DNA of 64,000 nt. Source: a virus. The position numbers and the translations under genes are program-made. The stretch lies in IMG/VR virus record IMGVR_UViG_3300022602_000037; one strand, 5' to 3'. This document shows positions 30,977-41,642 of this stretch, in pieces. The notes beneath the pieces were generated by a model that saw nothing but the letters and a program-made list of their open reading frames with translations, ran no database searches and was not told where the DNA came from. Numbering within the stretch: the stretch's first letter is position 1; each line of letters starts with the position of its first letter.

Positions 30977-33900
30977 ATGGCATTACAATTAAGAAGAGGA
31001 TTGGCGGCAAGTAGAACTTCAATCATTCCTGCACAAGGTGAACTATTATATACTACTGATACCAAGCTAGTGTATGTGGGCGATGGAGTAGTAGCTGGTG
31101 GTAATCCCATTTCAGTAATAACATCCGTTAACGGTCAGACTGGGGCTGTTGCCTTAACCACAGACAATATTTCAGAAGGTGTAACTGCCGGCAAACAATA
31201 TTTCACGGCTACAAGAGCTGCCGATGCCGCTGGAGCAATGCTGGCCGCAGGCACATTAAGCGGGCTAACTGTCAGCTATAATAGCACTACACATATTATT
31301 ACCATTACTAACTCAAATGTAATCCAATCAGGTACTACAAACAGTTTAGCTTATTGGGCCAGTAACGGAACAACACTAAGTCCAAGTTCAAGTATGACTT
31401 GGAATGAATCTAGCAACATATTACAAAACATTAACGGTACAATACAAGTTATTGCTAACAATTCCGGACGTGCTTTGGTTACATTGGATAGCTACAATAA
31501 TATAGGAACTTCGCCAAACCTTTTAGCATTTAGAAAAGCTAGAGGAACAAACGTAGCTCCAACAGCACTAGTTCAAGGCGATACCATTCACTCATTAGTA
31601 TGGTCAGGTTATGATGGCACTAATTACATACAATCAGGCGCTATCACAGTGTCAGTTTCCGAGACAGTTGCTAGCAATAGTGTTGCTGGCAGTATGATAT
31701 TTTATGTTACCGACGCCAACAATAACACAAATCCTATTGCACGTTTTCAAGATATTGGACAAGTAACGTTTGGTCCAGTTTATACTACTGATACTGGAAC
31801 AGCTCGTTTAGTGGTTCGCCAAACTGGTGTTACGACTTATAATAATCCTGTGGGAAGATTTGACAACTTCTACAGTGATGCTAACGGACCAACAATCAGT
31901 TTCAACAAAGCCAGAGGCTCTTATGCCAGCCCTGTAGCTGTACAATCACAAGACGAACTAATGACCTTAGTTGCTCGCGGATATTACAACACTACTACAG
32001 CATCACCAGCAGGTGCCATTGACATTTATGTAGATGGAGCACCTGGCAGCAACTATGTACCAGGCGCTGTTAGAATTAAAACTACAAACAGTAAAGGTGT
32101 ATTAACTTCCGCTTTAGTAATCGATAGTACACAAACTGCAACATACAGCGGCAACGTTGTGGTAAATGGCACATTAGTAGTTAATGGTCCTACTGTTACT
32201 ACAAATGCCAGCACTATAAATGTAGAAGATAAACTAATGAAGTTGGGCTATCTAACTGGTTCAACTGTAAGTCCTACTGGCTATATTTCTTCTGTTACTA
32301 GCGGTACAGCTGGAATGACATTTATATCTAGCGGAACTAGTGTTAGTGCGGCATCTACTTACACCAATGTAAGTCCTATAGCTACAAGTGGAACTGGTAT
32401 TGGAGCAGTATTTACAGTTGCTAAAACAGGCAGTGCCACATATTACAATGTTTCAAATGTCACAATAGCTTCAGGTATTGTTGGCAACATTAAAGGTGCT
32501 TTACTATCTCCTACATTAACTGCATCGGCAAATGCCGCTTCAGTAGGTGGAACTCAGACAATAGCCTATGCCTCAGGCGAGACTCTAACAGTGTCTAGCG
32601 GTAGTCCATCTGGTACTTCAACATTTAGCCCAGTATTAACAACTTATGGTTCTTTCAATGCAAGTGCAATTTCATCCAGTGGTCTTATAACCCTAAATAG
32701 TGGAACAATTACAGCTATTAAAGGCACTAGCATTACATTTGCCGCAGGGTTGACTGGAGTAACTGGAATAACCCCTGGCGGAACTTATTATGTATTGAAT
32801 AGTGTAACATCAAGTACAAGTGTACAGATTACCAATTCCTATGCCAATGCTGTTTCAGGTACAAGCATGAGCGGTATAACTGGTACACCTGGAGGCGTGA
32901 CTAGTCTCACTGTTGGTACAACCTACGCATCGGTTGCCAGTGTAACACTAGTTACTGGAGGAACATATACTGGCACTTATAGTACATCTGCACAAGTTCC
33001 TTCAACAAGTGTATCTAGTGGATCTGGATTGTTATTAACGCTAACTTATACTACAACACCAAGTGGTGGTACAACTTATAGCGTATCTGCAGGTGTAAGT
33101 ATTGCTAGCGCAGGTACATATACAGGTGTGACTCAAAGCACAACAACTGGAACAGGTACAGGTGCGGCATTTACTGTGGTTAAAACTGGAACAAGTACTA
33201 GTTATTATAGTAATGTTACTATAACTGTAACAAGTTTTGGTACTGGTTATGCCATAGGAGATACTATTGTATTGCCTGGTAGTTTGCTAGGCGGTGTAAA
33301 CATAGCTAACGATTTATCAATCATAGTACAAAGTGCGCTAGGGAGCCCATGGACTGGAACCTTAAGCTCAATGCCAAACACTACAGGTTTAATTGCTGGA
33401 GCAACAGTTACAGCAACCAATGGAGGATCTGGCGGAACACTAGGAAGTGGTACTACAGTTATCAATACTGTTGCAAGTTCTACCAGCATAACATTTACCA
33501 GCACAGGAGGAACAACTCCAGTCAATGGTAATATTATTAATCTAACACAAAGCGGAATTATCAATACTACTATAACAGTTACCACATCGGGATCAGGTTA
33601 TAGTTTAGGAGATACTGTTACATTGCCAGGAGCAAGTTTAGGCGGAACAACTCCTGCTAACAACTTAGTTCTAACTTTATTCAATAATTCTACAAGTCCA
33701 TGGACAGCTACCGTGATAGCTATGAGCGATACAGTAGATTTAATTCCTGGAAGTGTTATCACAGCGACCACTCCAGCAACAAGCACAGGAGTTATAACTG
33801 CAACAGCAACTACTCACTCTACTGCTAATAATACTAGTGCTACATTCCAAGGAACAACATTGACTCTTAGTGGAACAACTACTGGAACTTTTGTGCCTGG

Positions 33901-35656
33901 TATGTATTTAACTGGTGGTGTTGGTGTTCTAGCTGGCACATATATCGTGAGCGGTGGTGGAAATACTTGGATAGTCAGTCAATCAGGTAATACTTTAAGT
34001 AGTGGTACTGTATATGGTACCTTAAATGCTATAACAGTTTCTAGCACTAGCAACTTGATCGTAGGAACGGTTATCAATCCTCAAACATCGATTGGTGGAT
34101 TAAATGGTGGTGGATTCTACTATGTAGATAATATTATAAGTGGCACACAGTTTTCAGTAACCTACACACAGTTTGGAACAGGTGATCAAGCACTAACAAC
34201 CACAACCAACCAAACTGTACTATTAAACTTCCTAAATGGTAACCTAGGAGCAGGAGGCACTTACACAGTTGCAAGTATTCTAAGTGCAACCAGTATGACT
34301 GTTTACTCTACTGGTGGTACCGTTCCATTGATTGGTCCTATAACAAACATTGCCACAAACGGTTCTACAGATGCAACTGCTAATGGTGGCGGTATACAAG
34401 TATATGGTGGTACAAATAAAACTTTTACTTGGTCTAATATAACAGCGGCATGGACATCTAGTGAAAATATCAGTTTGGCTAACACAAAAGCATACGAAAT
34501 AAATGGTGTTAGTGTACTTAATTCAACTTCGCTAGGAGCCACAGTAGTAAATTCTAGTTTGACCAGTGTTGGCACATTGACTAGTTTAAGTGTAACTGGT
34601 ACTATAACTAACGGTGGTACGCTATCAACCGCCGCAACTACTGCTACTTTGTACAATACAGCGGCATTAACAGTAAATGCATTTGGTGCGGCAACTACTG
34701 TTAATCTAGCATCGGGTTCGGCTTCGGCTACTACATTGTATTTGGGTGCAAATACAAACAATAACCTTTTAAGTATTTTAGGAAATGGTACAAGTGGTAC
34801 AGCAACCATAACATCAAATGTAACTACCGGCACTGCTAACTTGTTTGCAGGTGTAACTGGTTCTATAAACTTTGGAGGAATTACCTGGGCAGGTGCTAAT
34901 AATAGTGCATTAATAGTTAATAATGGCGGACTACAATTTAGTAGTGCAAGTGCAGTAGCGGCTGCTGGTACAAATCAAGGTACTGCTACACAATTATATG
35001 CTGACAACAACTTTATAACCAGTGGTACTGGTGGTGTTATATTGCCTGCGGCTACTACAGGTCGTGAAGTTTCAGTTACTAACAATACTGGCGCATCAAT
35101 TAATGTATATCCACAAGGCACACATACTATTGAAAGTGGATCAGCTGGTGTACCTACCGTGTTGCCTAACTTGGCTACAATTAGTTTAATGGCTAAATCA
35201 GGTAACAACTGGTGGACTATTCAACCAGTTTATAATGGTGGAACTGGTGTTTCTATTACTCAAAGTGCTAACGGTACTGTTACTTGGAATATTGGACAAG
35301 CAGTTAGTACAACCAGTAACGTAACATTTGCCAATGTACAGACAACCGGATTGACACTACGTAACGTGAACTTTATTGCAGTTGCTAGTACAGCAACTTA
35401 TGCCTTAAGTACTACAACAAGCTACAACGTACTAGTAGTAAGTAATACAGGTTTAACTGTAACTGTAACAATGCCTCCGAGCCCAGTTGATCAACAGCTA
35501 TGTAGTTTTACTATTGCATCTAATACTGTATCAACACTTAACATGACTGCTGGACCAACAGTTATACCTCCATTTACAGGCACTAGCAACGTAACATCAG
35601 GAACAGTATATCAATATGTATATCGTGCAAGCACAACCACTTGGTATAGAAATTAA
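30977..35656 (+). CDS. long tail fibre protein (Mtd_N-like N-terminus)
   Basis: LQLRRG..GELLYTTDT..VYVGDG, VTSVNGQTG, KARG..PT repeats; Thr/Gly-rich. Confidence 0.85.
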   Translation: MALQLRRGLAASRTSIIPAQGELLYTTDTKLVYVGDGVVAGGNPISVITSVNGQTGAVALTTDNISEGVTAGKQYFTATRAADAAGAMLAAGTLSGLTVSYNSTTHIITITNSNVIQSGTTNSLAYWASNGTTLSPSSSMTWNESSNILQNINGTIQVIANNSGRALVTLDSYNNIGTSPNLLAFRKARGTNVAPTALVQGDTIHSLVWSGYDGTNYIQSGAITVSVSETVASNSVAGSMIFYVTDANNNTNPIARFQDIGQVTFGPVYTTDTGTARLVVRQTGVTTYNNPVGRFDNFYSDANGPTISFNKARGSYASPVAVQSQDELMTLVARGYYNTTTASPAGAIDIYVDGAPGSNYVPGAVRIKTTNSKGVLTSALVIDSTQTATYSGNVVVNGTLVVNGPTVTTNASTINVEDKLMKLGYLTGSTVSPTGYISSVTSGTAGMTFISSGTSVSAASTYTNVSPIATSGTGIGAVFTVAKTGSATYYNVSNVTIASGIVGNIKGALLSPTLTASANAASVGGTQTIAYASGETLTVSSGSPSGTSTFSPVLTTYGSFNASAISSSGLITLNSGTITAIKGTSITFAAGLTGVTGITPGGTYYVLNSVTSSTSVQITNSYANAVSGTSMSGITGTPGGVTSLTVGTTYASVASVTLVTGGTYTGTYSTSAQVPSTSVSSGSGLLLTLTYTTTPSGGTTYSVSAGVSIASAGTYTGVTQSTTTGTGTGAAFTVVKTGTSTSYYSNVTITVTSFGTGYAIGDTIVLPGSLLGGVNIANDLSIIVQSALGSPWTGTLSSMPNTTGLIAGATVTATNGGSGGTLGSGTTVINTVASSTSITFTSTGGTTPVNGNIINLTQSGIINTTITVTTSGSGYSLGDTVTLPGASLGGTTPANNLVLTLFNNSTSPWTATVIAMSDTVDLIPGSVITATTPATSTGVITATATTHSTANNTSATFQGTTLTLSGTTTGTFVPGMYLTGGVGVLAGTYIVSGGGNTWIVSQSGNTLSSGTVYGTLNAITVSSTSNLIVGTVINPQTSIGGLNGGGFYYVDNIISGTQFSVTYTQFGTGDQALTTTTNQTVLLNFLNGNLGAGGTYTVASILSATSMTVYSTGGTVPLIGPITNIATNGSTDATANGGGIQVYGGTNKTFTWSNITAAWTSSENISLANTKAYEINGVSVLNSTSLGATVVNSSLTSVGTLTSLSVTGTITNGGTLSTAATTATLYNTAALTVNAFGAATTVNLASGSASATTLYLGANTNNNLLSILGNGTSGTATITSNVTTGTANLFAGVTGSINFGGITWAGANNSALIVNNGGLQFSSASAVAAAGTNQGTATQLYADNNFITSGTGGVILPAATTGREVSVTNNTGASINVYPQGTHTIESGSAGVPTVLPNLATISLMAKSGNNWWTIQPVYNGGTGVSITQSANGTVTWNIGQAVSTTSNVTFANVQTTGLTLRNVNFIAVASTATYALSTTTSYNVLVVSNTGLTVTVTMPPSPVDQQLCSFTIASNTVSTLNMTAGPTVIPPFTGTSNVTSGTVYQYVYRASTTTWYRN

Positions 35657-35675
35657 TCCTAATGGAGAATAGTCG

Positions 35676-38468
35676 ATGGCACTAAATGTCTGGACACAAA
35701 ACAGCGGATATAGTTTTGGTAGCTTTCCAGAAAGCATTGCTATCAATCAACAACTGCCTGTACAAAATGATACAAACGTTACTTACTCAGTAATCAGTGG
35801 TAGCTTGCCGGGTGGGTTGATCATCGAAGGCAATCATATTGTAGGCAATCCCTATATTGTTGCTAATAATACAACTTATAGCTTTTGTATCCGTGCTAGC
35901 CTAAACGGTCAAATAAGTGATAGAGCGTTTTTTATTACAATTACAGGCAATAATCAACCAACTTTTGTAGATTTGCCTGGATCTTTACCAGTAGGTCCTG
36001 CCAAACAATTTTATGTATTAGACAGCACCCATATTAACTATCAGATAGAAGCATTTGATCTAAATGTGGAGGCCGGACAAACTCTTACATATTTTATCGC
36101 ATCAGACGACGGTGCATTGCCAAAAGGTGTTACACTTAGCCCTAGCGGATTATTAAGCGGTTTTATTGAACCCACTATTAAACTTACACCTGCAGATGGT
36201 GACGGCACATATGATGCTACATTTTATGATAAAGTAGTTTACGATTTTGCCAAATTACCTACAGACGGTTTTGATAGTTATCAATATGATGACGTATTCT
36301 ATGACTTTAATTTAGCAACTGCACCTCCTACCAGCTTAAATGTTAACTATCAATTTAGAGTTACATTAACAGACGGTGTTAATTATGCACAGCAAATTTT
36401 CAAAATATTTGTTGTTGGTACAGATCAATTCCGTGCAGACAATACAGCATTTAATGGAGTAGCTGACGGTTTTAGTAGTGATGCTACCTATTTGCGAGCT
36501 CCTGTATGGATTACTAATTCAAATTTAGGGACTTACAGAGCAAATAATTATCTTACAGTTCCAATTGCTTTATACGATAATTTAGATGTAATTTTTAGAT
36601 TAGAAACAACTAACGAAGAAGTATATGCTGTTACATATCAAGTTTCCAATTCAGACAATAATCCAGGTTTTACTTTCTTTGGTACACTAACACAAGGTAG
36701 TGCTATTGTTACAAATGTTACAAATGTCACAAGTCTAATTGTAGGTCAACTAGTATCTGGTCGTAATATTGCCAGCGGAACTGTTATTAGTAGTATTAAC
36801 AGTATTAATTCTATTACATTATCTATACCTGCTGTGGGAAATAGTGTATCAGAAACACTAACTGCCGGCGGTAATCAACTTACTGTAACAAATGTTAATG
36901 GAACTATTCAAGTTGGGCATTTTTTAACTTTTGATAATTATTATCCTACTGCAACAGGAACTGTGTACGAAGTTGCAAGTGTAACACCTTTAGTTAATGG
37001 CAACTATAGAATAGGTCTTTATAATTTATTAGATAGCATTATTCCAAATGGAGTTCCATTTTATATTGGTACTCTTAGCAAATTGCCTACAGGAATAAAT
37101 TTTGACATAGCAACTGGGGATATTTACGGTTTATTACCTTATCAGCCAGCAATCACCAGCACTTATGAATTTACAATTACTGCCACCCGACTAGGTGATA
37201 ATATAAATGAAACCTTAAATGCTAGTAAAAAATTTACTATCAGTATTTTAGGAAATGTTGATAGTGTTATTAGTTGGAATACTCCAAGTAATTTAGGTTC
37301 TATACCAGCTAACTATATCAGCACGTTAGCTGTTAATGCTACGACAACTGTGCCAAATGCTGTAGTAATATACCAACTAGTAGGAGGAAAATTGCCTCCC
37401 GGATTAACACTACAATTGGATGGAGAAATTACTGGAACCACTAATCAGTATTACAATACATTTACAGGTGCATTAGGGTTAACTGTGTTTGATCATGGAA
37501 ATTTAACATTTGATAAAAATACCACTACTACTGACCGAGTATTTGTTGCCGAGATTGAAGCTAGAGATCAATTTAATTATAGTGCTATTACTCAAAATTT
37601 TACAATAACAGTAACTACACCTAATTCTGTATCATACAGTAATATTGTTACTAGACCTTATTTGAAATCTAATCAAAGAACTATATGGAAATCTTTTATA
37701 AACGATAGTAGTATCTTTACTCCTAGCAGTATCTACAGAACGAATGATAAAAACTTTGGAGTACAAACAGATTTAACTATGCTTGTTTATGCTGGAATAC
37801 AAACACAGGTCGCGGCAGCTTATGTTGGAGCAATGGGGTTAAATTTCAAACGCAAACGTTTTCAATTTGGTAGTGTACAAAAAGCGGTAGCTATAGATCC
37901 TAATACTTATGCTAGCGTATACGAAGTAGTTTATGTACAGATGATAGATCCGAGAGAATTCAACGGACAGCATTTGCCTCTTAAAATATTAGATAAATTA
38001 GGTACAGAGTCAGATACTATTACTGCTGATAACAGCACAGGATTTTTCCAACAAACCTTATCAGCTCTTAGTGCTAATGCACCATTTGGTGGTCCAGATA
38101 TCCCTAATGTAACAGTCGACAGTACCGGGTATGAAGTTAGTAATCCCAATCCTGATACTTTTTTCCCAAACAGTATCAGTAATTGGCAAGCTAGGCTGTC
38201 AGGTGTTGGACTGAGCGAAAGGAACTATCTACCATTATGGATGCGTAGCGTACCTGCCGGACAAAAGCAACAGTTAGGCTATACTCTTAGTGTTCCGTTG
38301 TGTTTTTGTAAACCAGGAACAGCAGACACCATTATTACCAATATAGAATTTAGTGGATTTGATTTTAAGGTAATTGATTACGAAATAGACAGATTCATAA
38401 TAGATATGATCACCGGATATCAAGGCGATAAATACCTTGTATTCAGAAACGATAGGATAACTGTATGA
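35676..38468 (+). CDS. baseplate wedge-like structural protein with Ig-like repeats
   Basis: Repeated G.LP.GL.L...G.I.G modules; located in the tail block. Confidence 0.7.
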   Translation: MALNVWTQNSGYSFGSFPESIAINQQLPVQNDTNVTYSVISGSLPGGLIIEGNHIVGNPYIVANNTTYSFCIRASLNGQISDRAFFITITGNNQPTFVDLPGSLPVGPAKQFYVLDSTHINYQIEAFDLNVEAGQTLTYFIASDDGALPKGVTLSPSGLLSGFIEPTIKLTPADGDGTYDATFYDKVVYDFAKLPTDGFDSYQYDDVFYDFNLATAPPTSLNVNYQFRVTLTDGVNYAQQIFKIFVVGTDQFRADNTAFNGVADGFSSDATYLRAPVWITNSNLGTYRANNYLTVPIALYDNLDVIFRLETTNEEVYAVTYQVSNSDNNPGFTFFGTLTQGSAIVTNVTNVTSLIVGQLVSGRNIASGTVISSINSINSITLSIPAVGNSVSETLTAGGNQLTVTNVNGTIQVGHFLTFDNYYPTATGTVYEVASVTPLVNGNYRIGLYNLLDSIIPNGVPFYIGTLSKLPTGINFDIATGDIYGLLPYQPAITSTYEFTITATRLGDNINETLNASKKFTISILGNVDSVISWNTPSNLGSIPANYISTLAVNATTTVPNAVVIYQLVGGKLPPGLTLQLDGEITGTTNQYYNTFTGALGLTVFDHGNLTFDKNTTTTDRVFVAEIEARDQFNYSAITQNFTITVTTPNSVSYSNIVTRPYLKSNQRTIWKSFINDSSIFTPSSIYRTNDKNFGVQTDLTMLVYAGIQTQVAAAYVGAMGLNFKRKRFQFGSVQKAVAIDPNTYASVYEVVYVQMIDPREFNGQHLPLKILDKLGTESDTITADNSTGFFQQTLSALSANAPFGGPDIPNVTVDSTGYEVSNPNPDTFFPNSISNWQARLSGVGLSERNYLPLWMRSVPAGQKQQLGYTLSVPLCFCKPGTADTIITNIEFSGFDFKVIDYEIDRFIIDMITGYQGDKYLVFRNDRITV

Positions 38469-39061
38469 GTAATATAAACTATGCCGCAATTAGCACCACT
38501 TACCCTGTAGCAGGGCAAGATAACGATAGCCAAGGATTCCGTGACAATTTCACAGCAATTTCGGCGGGACTTGCCACAGCTGAAACAGAAATAACAGCAT
38601 TGCAAACTAATTCATTATTAGCTGTCGACCTAGCTACTAGTTCTACTCCTGTAGTAAACAACATGTTAGGTAGCACTCTTACAAATGGTTTATATTTGCA
38701 ATTCAATGGTGTATTTTTCAATGGAGGAACTGTTAGTACAAGTGCTCCAGTTAATATCAATAATGGCCCTATTCAACAATTTACTGCTAGCGGAAATATT
38801 ACATTAACATTTACTAACTGGCCGGTAAATGGTCAATATAGCGTGGTACGTCTTATGTTAATTGGCGATCAACAAAGTACACGAACAGTTACATTATCGA
38901 CTAGCAATGCTGGATTGATAAAACTAGCCACCGGCTGGGCAAATGGAACAAGTTTACCTGCTACAGTTACACTTGGCACTACTGGAAAATACGAAGTTAT
39001 CGAAGCATGGACAGTTGATGCCGGAGCTCATGTATTTGTTAAAGCAACAGGTGAATACTAA
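38465..39061 (+). CDS. virion structural protein
   Basis: YPVAGQDNDSQGFRDNF and a coiled coil, then a beta domain. Confidence 0.65.
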   Translation: MSNINYAAISTTYPVAGQDNDSQGFRDNFTAISAGLATAETEITALQTNSLLAVDLATSSTPVVNNMLGSTLTNGLYLQFNGVFFNGGTVSTSAPVNINNGPIQQFTASGNITLTFTNWPVNGQYSVVRLMLIGDQQSTRTVTLSTSNAGLIKLATGWANGTSLPATVTLGTTGKYEVIEAWTVDAGAHVFVKATGEY

Positions 39062-39291
39062 TGCATCCATTATCAGGTGAATTGTACACACTTAAAGATT
39101 CTGAGATAGAAGAAAAAATTCAAAGTCTCACTAAAAAATATTTCATGACACCTAATATTGATTTGAAAACTCAAATTTCTGCGTTATTAGATGATTATAA
39201 TCAAGAATTGAACAAACGTAGGCAGGAATCATTGAAAAAATTGATGGATAGTCGAGATAAAAGGCTTGACAATCTAGTTAAAGTCAACTAA
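39061..39291 (+). CDS. hypothetical protein
   Basis: 76-aa helical ORF with a TAATG overlap. Confidence 0.65.
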   Translation: MHPLSGELYTLKDSEIEEKIQSLTKKYFMTPNIDLKTQISALLDDYNQELNKRRQESLKKLMDSRDKRLDNLVKVN

Positions 39292-39294
39292 ACT
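39266..39294 (+). promoter_or_regulatory. sigma70-type promoter, probably giving a leaderless mRNA
   Basis: TTGACA-17 bp-TAAACT; ATG 7 nt downstream with no SD. Confidence 0.65.
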
Positions 39295-39301
39295 ATAGGC
39301 T

Positions 39302-39811
39302 ATGCGCCTAGATAAATTCGGTAATCCCATTTTTAATACACAAGATATATTCAAATTCCTTTATCAAGGAAAACTTACCAACCTCAAAGATCTTACAGTA
39401 GATTATACCGAAGATATTGAACAGTTGGAGCAAACTGCTGGATTTACATTCCAAAGATTCAACGAACAGTTGGATCAATTAAGCATCGAAGACTTTGATT
39501 CAGCATTACAATCTGATTGGTTCATGCCAGAAGAGTATAAAGAATTTGATGTAGCAAAATGGTGTTTAAGTCGATGTACCACTAGCGAACAAGAAAAACG
39601 TGTAATTGCAGAACTACAAGCATATGAAGAACGTGGAATGATTCCACTATTGCAATGGACTAAACATTTTGTAGATACATGCCACGAAAACGGTATTGTT
39701 TGGGGAGTAGGACGTGGATCGAGTGTGGCTAGTTTTGTATTATATTTGTTAGGAGTTCATCAAATAGATTCAGTCAAATATAATTTAGACTGGCAGGAAT
39801 TCCTGAGATAA
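39302..39811 (+). CDS. DNA polymerase III alpha (DnaE)-like fragment
   Basis: GIVWGVGRGSSVASFVLYLLGVHQID..KYNL...FL; only 169 aa. Confidence 0.85.
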   Translation: MRLDKFGNPIFNTQDIFKFLYQGKLTNLKDLTVDYTEDIEQLEQTAGFTFQRFNEQLDQLSIEDFDSALQSDWFMPEEYKEFDVAKWCLSRCTTSEQEKRVIAELQAYEERGMIPLLQWTKHFVDTCHENGIVWGVGRGSSVASFVLYLLGVHQIDSVKYNLDWQEFLR

Positions 39812-39838
39812 GTAATAATATAATTAAGGAGAGTTAAT

Positions 39839-40090
39839 ATGGCTCAAAAAGAAATACAACGTGCGGTTTATCGAAGTGCTAAAGGCAAAGAAATCGATTT
39901 GAATAAATTGGTTGCTAAAAACGAACTCACTATTGCTGTAGGCAATATGAAAGTTAATGCCCGAGGTGATAAACTAGGCCCAGGCGGACAAATTATTGCT
40001 AAAAAAGAACAGATACAGGCTAGTCCACAACCTGTTCCTAACCAATCAGCTAAAAATATAGATGGAATGGATCCGGAAGGAAACGAATGA
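39839..40090 (+). CDS. hypothetical protein
   Basis: AGGAG RBS; AVGNMKVNARGD motif. Confidence 0.7.
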   Translation: MAQKEIQRAVYRSAKGKEIDLNKLVAKNELTIAVGNMKVNARGDKLGPGGQIIAKKEQIQASPQPVPNQSAKNIDGMDPEGNE

Positions 40091-40464
40091 GTAAAGTAGC
40101 ATTAAGTAAACTAAGACCAATCCGCGACAATATTGTTATCGTAGATATGGAATTTGGCGAAACTGTTACCAAAGGCGGCCTTGTCCTACCAAGTGATGAT
40201 GGCAAGGCAGAAGGTGTAAAAAGTCGTTGGGGTCGGGTATATGCTGTGGGGCCAGAACAACAGGATGTAAAACCTGGAGAATGGGTATTATTTGAACATG
40301 GTCGTTGGAGTCGAGGGTTTACTGTCCTAGACGACAATGGTAATGACATTGTCATTCGTCGAGGAGATCCTAAAGGTATTTTAGCTGTAGCAGATGAAAA
40401 GCCAAACGAAACTATCTACGGTGCTCATACAACTGTAACACACCCAACATTCAATTTTGGTTAA
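40087..40464 (+). CDS. groES: co-chaperonin GroES (Cpn10)-like
   Basis: LRPIRDNIVI, TKGGLVLP, GRVYAVGP, VKPGEWVLF, ILAV. Confidence 0.85.
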   Translation: MSKVALSKLRPIRDNIVIVDMEFGETVTKGGLVLPSDDGKAEGVKSRWGRVYAVGPEQQDVKPGEWVLFEHGRWSRGFTVLDDNGNDIVIRRGDPKGILAVADEKPNETIYGAHTTVTHPTFNFG

Positions 40465-40479
40465 TATTTTCTTGTTATG

Positions 40480-40510
40480 AAAAACAGGCCTCTTGACTAG
40501 GCCTGTTTTT
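40480..40510 (+). terminator. intrinsic terminator overlapping a sigma70 promoter
   Basis: AAAAACAGGCCT-loop-AGGCCTGTTTTT; the loop holds TTGACT, with TACAAT 17 bp later (40516-40521). Confidence 0.75.
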
Positions 40511-40539
40511 ACCTGTACAATTTACAAAAGGAGATAATC

Positions 40540-40728
40540 ATGTACGATTGCAAATTAGTTAAAGAAGAAACAAATGAAATAGTTTTTTTTAGATTGTTAG
40601 AAAATTCTGCCATACTAGTAGAACATTTTGTAAGTAATGCAGTAGCAGAAACAACTGCTACAGATGACCACGAATGGGCTGATAATCGAAAACAAGAATT
40701 GCTAGCTAATGGATTTAAGGAAATATAA
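40540..40728 (+). CDS. hypothetical protein
   Basis: AGGAG RBS, 62 aa. Confidence 0.65.
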   Translation: MYDCKLVKEETNEIVFFRLLENSAILVEHFVSNAVAETTATDDHEWADNRKQELLANGFKEI

Positions 40729-41642
40729 TGAAAGAATTATGGGTAGAAAAATACAGACCAGCTGAGTTAGATGGGTATGTATTCAAAGACGACCAACAGA
40801 AAAGTCAAATTGAAAATTGGATTAAGGACGGTATAATTCCTCATCTATTATTCAGTGGCAATGCCGGCGTAGGTAAGACTACCTTAGCAAAGATCCTAAT
40901 TAATAAATTAGGTGTACAAGACACAGATGTAATGTATGCAAACGGATCTAAGGAAGCTCGCAGAGTTGAATGGGTTGACAAGTTGATTGGTTTTTGTCAA
41001 ACTATGCCTTTTGGCGATTTTAAGGTAGTGTTGATTGATGAAGCAGATTATATGAATGTGAATTCGGTTCAACCTGCGCTTCGTAACCTAATGGAAGAAT
41101 ATAGCAATAGTGTTAGATTTATTTTAACTTGTAACTATCCCAACAAACTAATTCCAGCTATTCATAGTCGTTGCCAACGTCTGCACATCGAAAAAACTGA
41201 TTTTACAGAATTTACTGCTCGTGCGGCTACAGTTTTAGTCAGCGAGAATATTGAATTTGAACTAGAAACATTGGATACTTATGTCAAAGACACTTATCCA
41301 GACTTGCGTAAATGTCTTAATAACTTACAAATGAATAGCATCGACGGCAAATTAACTAATCCTGAAACTACAGATTCTAGCTCGGATTATCGTATAGATA
41401 TGATAGAGTTATTCAAGAAAGGCGAAATCAGCAAGGCACGTAAGCTGGTATGCAGTCAGGCACTTCCAGAAGAAATGGAGGAAATCTATCGTTGGTTATA
41501 TGACAATATTGAAATATTTGGCAACGAAGAAAAACAAGATAAGGCTATACTAATTATCAAAGCTGGTCTAGTTGATCATACACTAGTAAGCGATCCAGAA
41601 ATTAATCTAGCCGCAACATTAATTAGATTATCGCATCTCTAA
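40728..41642 (+). CDS. clamp loader AAA+ subunit (T4 gp44/RFC-like)
   Basis: LWVEKYRP, GNAGVGKT, LIDEAD, FILTCN, SRC, DLRKCLN. Confidence 0.93.
   Translation: MKELWVEKYRPAELDGYVFKDDQQKSQIENWIKDGIIPHLLFSGNAGVGKTTLAKILINKLGVQDTDVMYANGSKEARRVEWVDKLIGFCQTMPFGDFKVVLIDEADYMNVNSVQPALRNLMEEYSNSVRFILTCNYPNKLIPAIHSRCQRLHIEKTDFTEFTARAATVLVSENIEFELETLDTYVKDTYPDLRKCLNNLQMNSIDGKLTNPETTDSSSDYRIDMIELFKKGEISKARKLVCSQALPEEMEEIYRWLYDNIEIFGNEEKQDKAILIIKAGLVDHTLVSDPEINLAATLIRLSHL

Noticed and set aside
30977-35656. Diversity-generating retroelement suggested by the Mtd_N-like N-terminus
   Set aside because: No reverse transcriptase or adenine-variable template/variable repeat pair was seen in the window.
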